64,000 bases of DNA, taken from IMG/VR virus record IMGVR_UViG_3300005918_000012; one strand, written 5' to 3'. The DNA is from a virus. The notes beneath the pieces were generated by a model. It did not search any database and was not told the DNA's origin. It saw only the letters and a program-made list of their open reading frames with translations. The position numbers and the translations under genes are program-made. This document shows positions 48,260 to 58,700 of this stretch, one piece after another (position 1 is the first letter of the stretch; each line of letters starts with the position of its first letter).

Positions 48260-51200
48260 ATGGCAACCAAAGATTATAAAAAGAATTACTCTGGGATTCG
48301 TGGGGCAGGGAGTGTACTTCCTGTTGATAATACAGTTTCCAGAAATTTAAGTGCTGGGGACAAATCTCTTGAGTCTGTCATTTGGCAGTCCGGTAAACCT
48401 ATCCTTGATTCCGAGCTTGAGATACATCAAGATGCAGCTCGGTGGGAGAATCGTCTTTACCGTTCCCAACATATGAACTCCGGCTGGCTTCGAGGTCAGT
48501 CCCGAGATGATGGGTATCTTGAGTATACCACAGTAGATGGCTCAGGTATATCTGATGATTCAGGTGTCTCCCCACCTCTGATTGATGGGACTACTCTGGT
48601 TAATTCTTTTGTTCTTCCGAAATTGACAGCTTTAGTAGCTGGTCGGATGATTGTTATTGAATATACAAACACAGAAACAGCAGAAGCAAATCTAATCCAA
48701 TTACCAGAACCTCGGCTTTATGCAACGGGTATAACAAAACGTACTGATTTCGTATGGTTAGAAGTCTGGTTGTCCTTGGTAGCTCCGAGTCCCCGAGCTT
48801 CCGGTTATGTTCGAGTAGTGGATGCAGACCCCGCTGTTTTAGTTACAGGTGGAGCAGTTATCACTCTCAACGGAGTTTCGATCACAGCTACTCTGACAAG
48901 TCCTGCTCCGGTAGGTTTCTTTACAGTTACTTCAAATGATGAAGTAACTACGGCATCAAATATTGTGACAGCTCTTAATGACCCTGCAAATGGCTTTGAT
49001 GGCTTCATAGTAGCCAGAGCTAATGCAGATGAAGTTTGGATTGAGGCAGTTGTAGCGGGCGTTACTGGAAATGCTATTACCCTGAGTGCCACTACAGTAG
49101 GTCTTTTAGCTTCTGGGGTGACATTACTAAACGGTGCAGACAGACCAAATAAACCTGCAGCTGACCAAAGCAAACTGTTTCGACATGGAAACACTCTGTC
49201 ACCTGAAAGTACTTGGCTTGATGATGAGATGATTGATCCTGTTGTGAATCAGGAAACTGCTCAACGTGTTCAAGTTCAATATAGATTCAGATACACAGAT
49301 GCAGAAGATATCAATTATAAAACTCACCCTGATGGGTTCTCTAATGGGGTGTCGGGAGATCCTACTACCCCTCTAGTAATTGCTCAGGGTCCACGATTGA
49401 CACCAGCCTTAAATGTAGGTGGTAGCCGGACATATCCTTTCGTACCAGCCGATCAAGATTCTGATTGGTTGGAGTCCGATGCTGTAGAATATGCTATTAA
49501 AGATAACGGTTTGTGGGTTTCAGGAAACGGTTCAACTCAATCTGTGGAAGATTTGGGTACGCTTGATGGGTATGTATATGCAATCCCTCTGTGTTTCGTT
49601 TTCCGTCACAATGATGTTTCTTCTATTGGAACAGCTCAGTATGGGTTTGATCCCGATGATAATAGTAACGGAGCTCCTCTCCATGACCATCTTTCTTATG
49701 ATGGTCCTTTAGGGGTTATTGGAGTAGGTCTTTCTGACCGTCCCGATGGTGAGTTTGCTGATGTCATTACTCAAGAGAACCTTTTAGATCTCCGCCGTTC
49801 AATCGTTCCCCCGGGAATTGATTTAACCAGTGAGCTTCAATATCAAATACAGTCCCTTCTGGATGCCAATAATCAGACTTGGGCTATAGATTCTCATGAA
49901 AAACATTCTTATTCAGGTACTGAAAACGGAGATGTTTCAACAAGGTGCTTGGTTTGTGATACTATAGGTAGAAATACCTCTCAAGCAGGAGAACACACCA
50001 GAGATTTCGACCATATCTCCCGACGTTTTGGAGATAACCCTGTTATAGAACGAGTGGTTTTTTCTTACTGGCCTGGTGATCGTGTAGCAGCAGCTGTTCC
50101 AGTTACTCCCGGACTTGCCAATGATGCCAAGTATGTTACAAAAGCTGGCGGTTCTGTTTCTGATGTTTGGACAGAAGGAGATGTTCTTCATCTTGATCTG
50201 GCAAATTTCGATACCGGTGGCCTCGGATCATTTTTCCAAGGTGGGTCAATGGGCGGTTTACCGTTGCCATGGGGTCCTTTTTACTTTACAGATGTTGTTC
50301 CTCCGGGGACAGTAATTAGTGATGTACTTTCGATTTATCACGATGACGGAAATTATAATGTAGTTTACGATCAGCAAGTCGAAGCTTCTTCAATAAGAGG
50401 AATAGGCACGAGCCATCTGGAGATACATTTGGATGCCAACGACACTCCTGTAACAGGAGGTTTAAATGTGGCTGAGTATCCGATGGTGGATAGAGATGTA
50501 ACTTTCCCCGGAACTGGTTCACAACGGCGTATCTTTATTGAAGTCGAGATTAGTTACCCAATAGGGGATGAACTACATCAAGGGCTGACAGATACTCCTT
50601 TGCTTGATTTAACTACTCCTGATGAGATAGTTTATAATACCGACCCTGCAAATTCAGGAACGGTGGGTGATTTTCTTCCGGGTCCCGGAAATGCTATTGT
50701 AGTTGATCAGTTACAAGCCCCAGCAGATACAGCTTTAAGAAACCCTCCAGGCTTCCGAGAAGGCTTTAGAGAAGTTCGGTTGGATTATGTGACTGATGCA
50801 ACAGATGACGTGACTTTGCCTGATACAGACCCTGTATTTGAAGAAGCCTCCATATTGAATCCGTTAGGTGGATTGGTCAGTCGTAACAAACAAAATGTTT
50901 ATACCCCTCGTCGTTTGTATGGGGAGCATTACAGTTCCGGTGGTGGTTACCCGACCGTTTACGATGTTCCGGCAGCCGTTAATGTTAATGTGGATTACGA
51001 TCTTACCGAATACGGCAGTAGTTCTCGGAAAATTGTACTTGAAACTGCTAATCTGTCAGGAGTTGGTAACACTCTTTGTGACGTGGAATACTATCCTCAA
51101 GACCCGATACCCAACTATGGAGATGCAGGTTACAGTGTGATGATTTATTACCGTGCAGCAGCTCCTCAGACGGCAGGAGTTATTGATGGTATTATGGATA

Positions 51201-51880
51201 CTGATAATGGTGGGACAGTTCCAACAGAACTATCCATCGAGCCTCTAGCCATTAGCCCTCATACTTGGACTTCTCAGGTAGGGATGGGTTCGACAGATGC
51301 TGCTTTCCCGTATGCTTCTCCACTGGATCAGATTCCGATTATGGAAGGTAAGCCTACTTTGGATACTTTGCCTACTATTGGAGAGTGGCATTTCTGTGCT
51401 TCGGCCATGGTTACTATTGATGATTTCAATACTGATACTGGTATGTTGGCTTTGCAATCCATGATTCAAGCTGACCAGCAACCGACTTGGACTTTGGGTG
51501 GTGATGATGCTTATCAGAAACCTTACAAAGATAATGAGTTCAGGGCATTGTATCCTTACGTAACAGGTTTAAATGGCTATCGTCCAACGATTATGGCTCA
51601 ACCTTTGTTTGGTTCAACCAGACATAAAGTATTCGTACCTGTTCTAGCACGGGTGAAAGAAACCGTACCTGGTGCTCTGAATGGTATCTTATTTAGACAG
51701 GATGAGTTGGTTTTAGTTGTATTGACCCGATTTGCAGAATTAGATGAAGACAATCATATCCGATTCGTTGGTGGATTAGCTTCGGACGGCTCAGAGGGTG
51801 ATACTGATGCTTATGCAAATAGAACTTGTGCTGCTGTGTATAGAACCCGCAACCTGCTTTTGACTGTGGGTGGAAGATAA
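48260..51880 (+). CDS. Baseplate-anchored tail fibre/appendage protein A (1206 aa)
   Basis: N-terminal VIWQSGKPILDSELE anchor-type motif; RTDFVWLEVW; ETAQRVQVQYR; DGYVYAIPL; RPDG.FAD.I....LLDLR. Paralogue of the 62285 ORF. Confidence 0.65.
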   Translation: MATKDYKKNYSGIRGAGSVLPVDNTVSRNLSAGDKSLESVIWQSGKPILDSELEIHQDAARWENRLYRSQHMNSGWLRGQSRDDGYLEYTTVDGSGISDDSGVSPPLIDGTTLVNSFVLPKLTALVAGRMIVIEYTNTETAEANLIQLPEPRLYATGITKRTDFVWLEVWLSLVAPSPRASGYVRVVDADPAVLVTGGAVITLNGVSITATLTSPAPVGFFTVTSNDEVTTASNIVTALNDPANGFDGFIVARANADEVWIEAVVAGVTGNAITLSATTVGLLASGVTLLNGADRPNKPAADQSKLFRHGNTLSPESTWLDDEMIDPVVNQETAQRVQVQYRFRYTDAEDINYKTHPDGFSNGVSGDPTTPLVIAQGPRLTPALNVGGSRTYPFVPADQDSDWLESDAVEYAIKDNGLWVSGNGSTQSVEDLGTLDGYVYAIPLCFVFRHNDVSSIGTAQYGFDPDDNSNGAPLHDHLSYDGPLGVIGVGLSDRPDGEFADVITQENLLDLRRSIVPPGIDLTSELQYQIQSLLDANNQTWAIDSHEKHSYSGTENGDVSTRCLVCDTIGRNTSQAGEHTRDFDHISRRFGDNPVIERVVFSYWPGDRVAAAVPVTPGLANDAKYVTKAGGSVSDVWTEGDVLHLDLANFDTGGLGSFFQGGSMGGLPLPWGPFYFTDVVPPGTVISDVLSIYHDDGNYNVVYDQQVEASSIRGIGTSHLEIHLDANDTPVTGGLNVAEYPMVDRDVTFPGTGSQRRIFIEVEISYPIGDELHQGLTDTPLLDLTTPDEIVYNTDPANSGTVGDFLPGPGNAIVVDQLQAPADTALRNPPGFREGFREVRLDYVTDATDDVTLPDTDPVFEEASILNPLGGLVSRNKQNVYTPRRLYGEHYSSGGGYPTVYDVPAAVNVNVDYDLTEYGSSSRKIVLETANLSGVGNTLCDVEYYPQDPIPNYGDAGYSVMIYYRAAAPQTAGVIDGIMDTDNGGTVPTELSIEPLAISPHTWTSQVGMGSTDAAFPYASPLDQIPIMEGKPTLDTLPTIGEWHFCASAMVTIDDFNTDTGMLALQSMIQADQQPTWTLGGDDAYQKPYKDNEFRALYPYVTGLNGYRPTIMAQPLFGSTRHKVFVPVLARVKETVPGALNGILFRQDELVLVVLTRFAELDEDNHIRFVGGLASDGSEGDTDAYANRTCAAVYRTRNLLLTVGGR

Positions 51881-51892
51881 AGGAGATTCGGG

Positions 51893-54800
51893 ATGCCGAG
51901 AAATGTGAATCCGAAAAATATTAAACTTGGTTCAGGGCAAACAGTTCCTGACCGAGGTGCTGAAGTTGGTTTAGATGCCGGAGCAGCAACGGGCGGTGGG
52001 GGTGGTGGGGATGCTAGTTTAGTTCTGGCAGCTCTGAAAGCCCACATCATTGACCCGAAAGATGCTCATAATAGTTCAGCTATCAGCATCGAACCATTTT
52101 CTCCGTTTGTCGGTGATGATATAGAGAGCCTCAGCCAAGAAATTGGTGGGGGTATGCCTTACGAACCTCCGAAGTTTGGTCAATACAGCCGGTACGTAGA
52201 TTTCCATTGTATTCCTGATTGGGGTTCTCTGAAATTGAATGACACTCCGATTTTTCTTCGGGATGGGGACTTTGATGATCTCGTTAACCTAAATTCTTCA
52301 AGGGATACATTTCCTTATTTTCTAGCTATTCCTTCTCCCACTATTGATTTCACGTTATTGAATTACAATGTAGGTTTGACAGAGAGTCAAGATTACTCTC
52401 CCGGATTTACTCCTTCGAATCCTTGGGTTACTCCGGAGTTCGATGGGCAGGTTCAGAACTCAAAATACGATATTGCTCTTTATGGAACGATGTTCCCCGA
52501 AGGAGCTGATGTTTTTGCAGACAGGCTTTTCAATTACCCAACTGTTTTAGGAGCAGATAATCCTTTTTCCGGTTATGAATCAGGTGGCTCCGGTCGGTGT
52601 TATTCTGGCGGTTTCACTCGTACTGACGGGGAAGTTCAAAAGACTTTCCGTATTATGGAGAATGGTTTAACTGGTGCAGAGCCTTGGCCGATGTTAGCTA
52701 CGATTTCTGGGTGTGTTTATCCTGCTGATCGTGGTGTTCTTGCCCTTTTACATTTCCCGCATTTAAGTGCTCCTACTTCGACTGATCCTTGGTCGGATCA
52801 AATGAAAAGTGATTTCCTTAGTCAAGATTTACTCGACCGATGCATAGCTGCCCTTCTATTGGGTCAAGGTGTTTTGGGAGATGCTTGTATAGGAGATGGT
52901 TCTGTCGGTGCTTCTGGGACTTGTGACGGTGAATGTGGTGGGATATTTGGTCCGGGTGTAGATGATGAGGCTGAGTATGACCCCTTTGCTTTCCCTGGGA
53001 GAGCTTCGGGTCAATATAATCTGAAAGAACTTCATTCTGGGATCTCTTTGGTTACTCCAGCTCAATTACCTGAACCTTGGAACCATCTGACAGGTCAAAC
53101 TCTTGGTGCTAAACGAGAAGATTATGTGGCTACTGGGAACTATTACCCGGCAGCAGGCCAAGTCCGACTTGGTTCTGATGCTGATACCAACGGTGGTGTC
53201 ATCCTACAATGGGGTGTTCCTGTTCTGGGTGGTACTGATGAAGCCTATGATGGTGTTATTACTGGTTTTTCGGATTACCCAGCTATTGGGGAACTTGGGA
53301 ACTCGGCCATACATGACTCTAATTTCTTTAAGTATCGTTTGCCGACACTGGACGATTACTCGGATGTTTCCGGGATAAAATACACACCACAAAGCCCGCT
53401 TTCTCCTTTAGGTGGTGAGGGTGCTCGTTACTTCTATGCTACTGGGGCAGTTATTCCAGATAACACCCCTTATGATTATGGAACGACTACTACAAGTAAT
53501 TTCGATACGGCTGGAAACTATCCTCCGTTCCAACAAGATTGTATTACTTGGCAGGTTGCCCGTTACAGACATACATTTGCTTTGAACGGAACTGAGTCTG
53601 TGAGCAGCCCGTTGGGTTCTTATGCTATGATGCATTTCAAATCCGAACGTGACTTTGAGGCTTTCGTTGAAGAAGGTGTCGTCCCTGAAGAATATTACGG
53701 GATTCATTTCTTGACTGACCACTCTAATGTGGTGAATGATTACTTAACTGAGACAACTGATCCTGTTTATACTGGGGTAGTTCCAGGTTTCGGTTGGGGT
53801 TCCAGATTCTTTAATGGTATCAAGAACGAAGTCTTTGTGGGCGGTGCTATAGATTCTCATGAAGTTAATCGTGCTGGGGATATCGTCACTAATGAGTTTA
53901 CGTGGTCGGCTACAGGCATTGCAGGTAGTCCAGGATATACAATGATATCTGGTATTGGATACTTTACTCCTATCCAAACTGTTTTAGGAGCAACTTGTTT
54001 CTGGGTTGATTCTGTGGATGTAGAAGTAGATAATGCTTGGGTCAATGGCTACAGAACAGATAGTGCAACAGCAACAGGGACTCCTCCTGTCGATCCGCCA
54101 GCATTAGAAAACAGTCCTGATCCAGGTTCAATGAACTTCAAACCTTTCACTTCGAGCGTGGCTGCCGTACCTCTGCCTGTTTCTTACCCAGGTGATTTTT
54201 ATCGTCATGATTATCAAGTAGAGTTTCCATTTACCTATCTTGGTTCAAACGGTGGTGGTGTTTTCAGTTTAACAAACGGTCCTGCTACTGTGGATGCTTT
54301 AGTGATCTCGAACAGTGACCCGATTGCTTTAATAGGTGATGACAATCCTTCATTCTCAGTGAATGCAAAACCTTGGTTCTATATCCGTCGTCCTCTGACA
54401 CACGGAGTTGATTGGGAAAACGTCATTCAACCGGCATGGACAGAAGCTACCGGACACGGCTTTGATCTTCTTGATGCTGGTGGAGATACCATTCTATTTC
54501 ATTCTACAGGTTTCTACTGTGATGATATTGCTGACGAAACTACAGGCCATGGAGAATACGGTAACTTTGTTTCGACTAATATAACTACCACTTTCACCAT
54601 TGACCATTACCCTGCATTTGATTCTCTAATGACAGCGGAGAAGGATGTTGAAGAACGCTTCTTGGATGAGATATATCGTCACCAAGCGGATGTTGATCTC
54701 AGCTCCATCACAGCTCCATACAAACCTATCTTCTTAGCATTACGTGGACCAGGGATGGGTACTTGGAATTCTGGTTTGGTACCAGTTCCAGTTCAAGCAG

Positions 54801-55729
54801 GAAAATATAGTGTAGCTGCTGATTTCCCAGCTCCTTGGGACACATTAGGTTTGGTTTTAGGGTCTCAGGTCGTTGAAGCAATCAACAATCTTTCATGGAC
54901 ACAGTTAGAGAAGAATCAAGATACCCTAAAAGACTCAGAACTAGATAATGAGCTTCAAGTTTGTGGGTTACCTCCGAGGAATCCCCCAGTGTTGGATTGG
55001 GCAGAAGTTCCTTACCCCTCGGCTGGTTTATTGAGATACCCAGCTATAGATTATACGGCATTACCTATCCGTCCAGATAATACAGATGTTACAGCAGTAA
55101 CTCTTTTGGATTACTCTGGTTCGTATGGTGCATATGACAAGAATTACGTTCGATTCTTTGATGCTGCCTTTAGCCGATGGAGTTCTTCAAGTTCTACACC
55201 TCCAGTTGATGCTGCCGGACAACCTTTCGTGACGTTTAGGATTGATGGTATTACATTAGAAGACCTCACCTACGTGACTCCGGGGCCTGGTACAATAACT
55301 TCGGGAGGGTTCCCAGCAATAGCTTTCCAAGTGAAAGTCCCTGGACTGACAACTTGGATGGATGCTGGCCGTCCTGACGGCTCTGGTCCAAGTAAACAAG
55401 ACCTAGATTTTGATGGTGCTGGTTGTCAAGTGATTGGGCAACATACTTTTGACAGTATTGACTCTGAGACGGGTATGGTGTACTGTCAGATTATGGTGAA
55501 TGTTGGTCCTTTTGCAAATTTAGGGACAGGCATTTCATCGGGTGTTGCATATGAAGTACCTGTAGGTGTAAAAGTAACAATGGCCGAAATGGTTGCCGAA
55601 CAATATGACTTAACGGCCAATTTCGACGGATCTAAGGTAGGGGCAGGAGTAGCTGCCTCTGAAGTTCGTGGGATCACAGGGATTAAAATTGTGCATCCAA
55701 CTGAAGTAGAAACAGCTCCTACATCTTAA
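51893..55729 (+). CDS. Acidic beta-rich putative tail appendage protein (1278 aa)
   Basis: SD AAGGAG; Gly linker then LKAHIIDPKDAHNSSAIS, a His-pair motif seen in trimeric phage fibre necks; within the fibre block. Confidence 0.55.
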   Translation: MPRNVNPKNIKLGSGQTVPDRGAEVGLDAGAATGGGGGGDASLVLAALKAHIIDPKDAHNSSAISIEPFSPFVGDDIESLSQEIGGGMPYEPPKFGQYSRYVDFHCIPDWGSLKLNDTPIFLRDGDFDDLVNLNSSRDTFPYFLAIPSPTIDFTLLNYNVGLTESQDYSPGFTPSNPWVTPEFDGQVQNSKYDIALYGTMFPEGADVFADRLFNYPTVLGADNPFSGYESGGSGRCYSGGFTRTDGEVQKTFRIMENGLTGAEPWPMLATISGCVYPADRGVLALLHFPHLSAPTSTDPWSDQMKSDFLSQDLLDRCIAALLLGQGVLGDACIGDGSVGASGTCDGECGGIFGPGVDDEAEYDPFAFPGRASGQYNLKELHSGISLVTPAQLPEPWNHLTGQTLGAKREDYVATGNYYPAAGQVRLGSDADTNGGVILQWGVPVLGGTDEAYDGVITGFSDYPAIGELGNSAIHDSNFFKYRLPTLDDYSDVSGIKYTPQSPLSPLGGEGARYFYATGAVIPDNTPYDYGTTTTSNFDTAGNYPPFQQDCITWQVARYRHTFALNGTESVSSPLGSYAMMHFKSERDFEAFVEEGVVPEEYYGIHFLTDHSNVVNDYLTETTDPVYTGVVPGFGWGSRFFNGIKNEVFVGGAIDSHEVNRAGDIVTNEFTWSATGIAGSPGYTMISGIGYFTPIQTVLGATCFWVDSVDVEVDNAWVNGYRTDSATATGTPPVDPPALENSPDPGSMNFKPFTSSVAAVPLPVSYPGDFYRHDYQVEFPFTYLGSNGGGVFSLTNGPATVDALVISNSDPIALIGDDNPSFSVNAKPWFYIRRPLTHGVDWENVIQPAWTEATGHGFDLLDAGGDTILFHSTGFYCDDIADETTGHGEYGNFVSTNITTTFTIDHYPAFDSLMTAEKDVEERFLDEIYRHQADVDLSSITAPYKPIFLALRGPGMGTWNSGLVPVPVQAGKYSVAADFPAPWDTLGLVLGSQVVEAINNLSWTQLEKNQDTLKDSELDNELQVCGLPPRNPPVLDWAEVPYPSAGLLRYPAIDYTALPIRPDNTDVTAVTLLDYSGSYGAYDKNYVRFFDAAFSRWSSSSSTPPVDAAGQPFVTFRIDGITLEDLTYVTPGPGTITSGGFPAIAFQVKVPGLTTWMDAGRPDGSGPSKQDLDFDGAGCQVIGQHTFDSIDSETGMVYCQIMVNVGPFANLGTGISSGVAYEVPVGVKVTMAEMVAEQYDLTANFDGSKVGAGVAASEVRGITGIKIVHPTEVETAPTS

Positions 55730-55734
55730 CTGAG

Positions 55735-55768
55735 TCGGTGAAATGGTTATAGTCACCCCTCGGTAGGA
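55735..55768 (+). promoter_or_regulatory. Putative phage late-promoter motif, copy 4
   Basis: TCGGT-GAAATGGT-TATA-N11-GTAGGA upstream of the 55796 gene. Confidence 0.6.
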
Positions 55769-55795
55769 TGTATGGTTTGAACATGAGAGGCTGAT

Positions 55796-58700
55796 ATGGC
55801 ATTTGATCCAAATAAAGTGAATTTAGGGGCTGACCTTCTAACGAATCCGACAGCTTCAGATAGAGACCCTTGGCAGGAAGCGTTTAAGCGTTTCTCTGCT
55901 GTTCCTGACTCCAAGACTTTACGGGCATCCGAAGCTCTGTCTGGGATGACAGGCTCGTGGGCTGCTCAATATAAATTTGGTCCTACAGTATCTGATAGCT
56001 CCACACAACCTGAACCGACAACACCTTCTAATTTCAGTATGAAGTTGAATAAACTTGGGCGTCCTGGTATGCCTGAGATCGATTTCGTTCCATATAGTCA
56101 CAACACAAACCGATTCGGTAATAAAGGTGGGGCACTTCTTGGTGAACCTATTTCGTTCTCTGTAGTCGGCCCGACTGCTAAAGTTGGTGGTGAGAAAATG
56201 GTATGGCAGTGGGTAGTTGATATAACTACTGTGCCTGGCAGCACTATCGTTCGTTTGGATGATATTGTTGTGGATACCTCAATAGCTACTTGGTCAACGA
56301 CAGCTCTAACTTTAGATATATCGGACTATTATAATATCCAGGCTGCTGATTTTGGTGAAGATGCACGATTTGATGGTGGTTTGTACTTAATGGTGAGTGA
56401 GACCGGAAAAACCGAGGAAATAAACCCTGCTGCTCCTGTTACGGGTGGTATTGGTGACGGGGCTATCATTGATGATGGTATCACGACCAGAGTACCGATT
56501 ACGGCATTAACTTCAAGCAGTAAAACGGAATTGTTCCGTGTTACAGGTTTGTATGAAAATGCTGGTAATGTTCTTGGGTTTATTCTGGATACCAGCAAGT
56601 ACTTGGAAAGTTACTTCTCTATACAAGGTAACCCAGCAGAACCAGATATTATTCGTCATATTACATTGGTAGAACCGGCTGCTACTCGTTTGGTAGCTAT
56701 TCCTGACTCTGGGGATGGGCGTGGACAAGAACAAGTGTTTGCATTTACACCCCCACGTCAAGCATTAACGTCAGAACACCAACCATTAGCTAATGAATGG
56801 AATCCTTCTGCTTCACCATGGCCTGCTGAATATCCTTGGGGTGTTGAAGCAAGTGATGGGCTTTCGTTATTTTATTATGATTACGGTCCTCAGTTGCCTG
56901 TTTTAAAACCTTATGCTGAATGGTCTGATGTTTATTTGACAAACAGCACAGTATGGGCTGCTGCTAATGGGATCTTAGGTTCTATGGATATTATCTGGTC
57001 AGCCGATGCTACAGATGGTGAGCCTGTTCCTGAAGTAGGGGATGTTCTGAAAATACATTCCATTAAAACGAATGATAGTACTGTATGGGTTAATACCGAT
57101 AGCCGTTCTGTAAAATGGGGTAGTCTTCTTGGATTCTTTGAAGTTATAGTAAATACACAAACAGCCTCAACCAGTTACACCTTAACTTTGAAACGGTATG
57201 CCGAAGTAGAGCCTGAAACTGGAAACTCTATGTGGGGAACCAGCATACAATTTAGTGCTGATGTCACTACTTTTGTTCCTCAGTTAAAATGTTCTATCCA
57301 TAAGCCTGTTAAAGAACTTTGGAACAGTCCTTGGTTTGATGCAGACTCATTAGATTCTACACGTATAACGAACCTTATTGACCCCAGATGGGTCGAACGG
57401 GCAGGATACACACCAACGGTATCAACTGACCCTACAGTCAGAGATATGGGAGTAAGTCCTTACCGTCCTGACAGAGCTATTTTTGATACAGCTTCTTCCG
57501 GGATCGGGGCTGCCGGAACTAATGCCAATCCAGGAAACCTTCAAAACTTAGGTTTCCGAGTGGTATTATTCCCAGGTAAAATAAAAACAATCCCTACTGC
57601 CCTTGGTGGCACAGAAGATATTATTGCTCCTGATTGGGACCGCCCGATCACTTCAAATGAGTTGGTAATTGATCCAACGGTTACTGAAAAACAGTATGTT
57701 GAAGTGGACTATGCAAACGGTTTCGTCCGTTTGTCACATCCCCCACAAGCTGTGGATGTTTCGGATGCCGGTGCTGGTGATTTAGCTCCTGCTGACGATA
57801 TCTTTACGCTCGGTACGGATGATAATCCTCGTGGTGAGCAAGTATTGTTTGCAGCCTGTGTCCCTTACACTCAGGATATCGGACAAATCGGTACTGGCCC
57901 TCGTGTGACCTCGAACCCTTCGTCTGTGTCTGATACAGATGCTTGTGCCGGAAGTGCTAACAGTGCTGGCTCAGGTGAGTTTTATGATGTGTATGGTGAC
58001 AGAGTAGCATTTGATGTTGACACGATTTCAGAACAAGTCTTGAATTGTATAAATGTTGTCGGTACTTCAGATGAACAACTGACTCTGACTGGGTTAGTTG
58101 CTGACCAGCTTCCTCCGACAGGATTCTTTGAAATATTCCAAAGTGGTGACCCTGTTCTCACAACGGGCAGCACCCGTGGTTCTTTGTTCAGTTACTACGG
58201 AATTGAAGAAACTGGTGGTGATACTATTCTCCACGGTGTTCACGGTGGTTTAGAATCCGGTGTTGATATTGTAACTATTAATTCTGCTGCTCCAGCTCAG
58301 ATTATTCTTCGACGGGAATTGTTTACACCGAATGACCGTTACGGGACAGCAACAGTTCGATACCAAGATGATGTATCTTATGGTGATGCTAAACGAGCCG
58401 GAGTCTTCCGGTTCACAGGAGTTGAAACTGTAGTAAATCTTGATGGTTCTATAACTATTCAGATTCAGGATAGTGCTGCAGATGCTTACGACAACTTAGG
58501 TGATTTGTTTTCATCTTGGGTGTTAGATGGTGGTGAGTTAACTGGCCATAGAGTACCTACCAATCACGACTACATTAGCTATACCGAAACAACCGTTATT
58601 TATCAAGGACATAGATTGGTTATTCCTGCAGGGGAGTTTTGGTTTGCAGGGATGTCGGGGGATGGTTATTTGTACATTGATGGGTCTGATTGTTCTGTTA

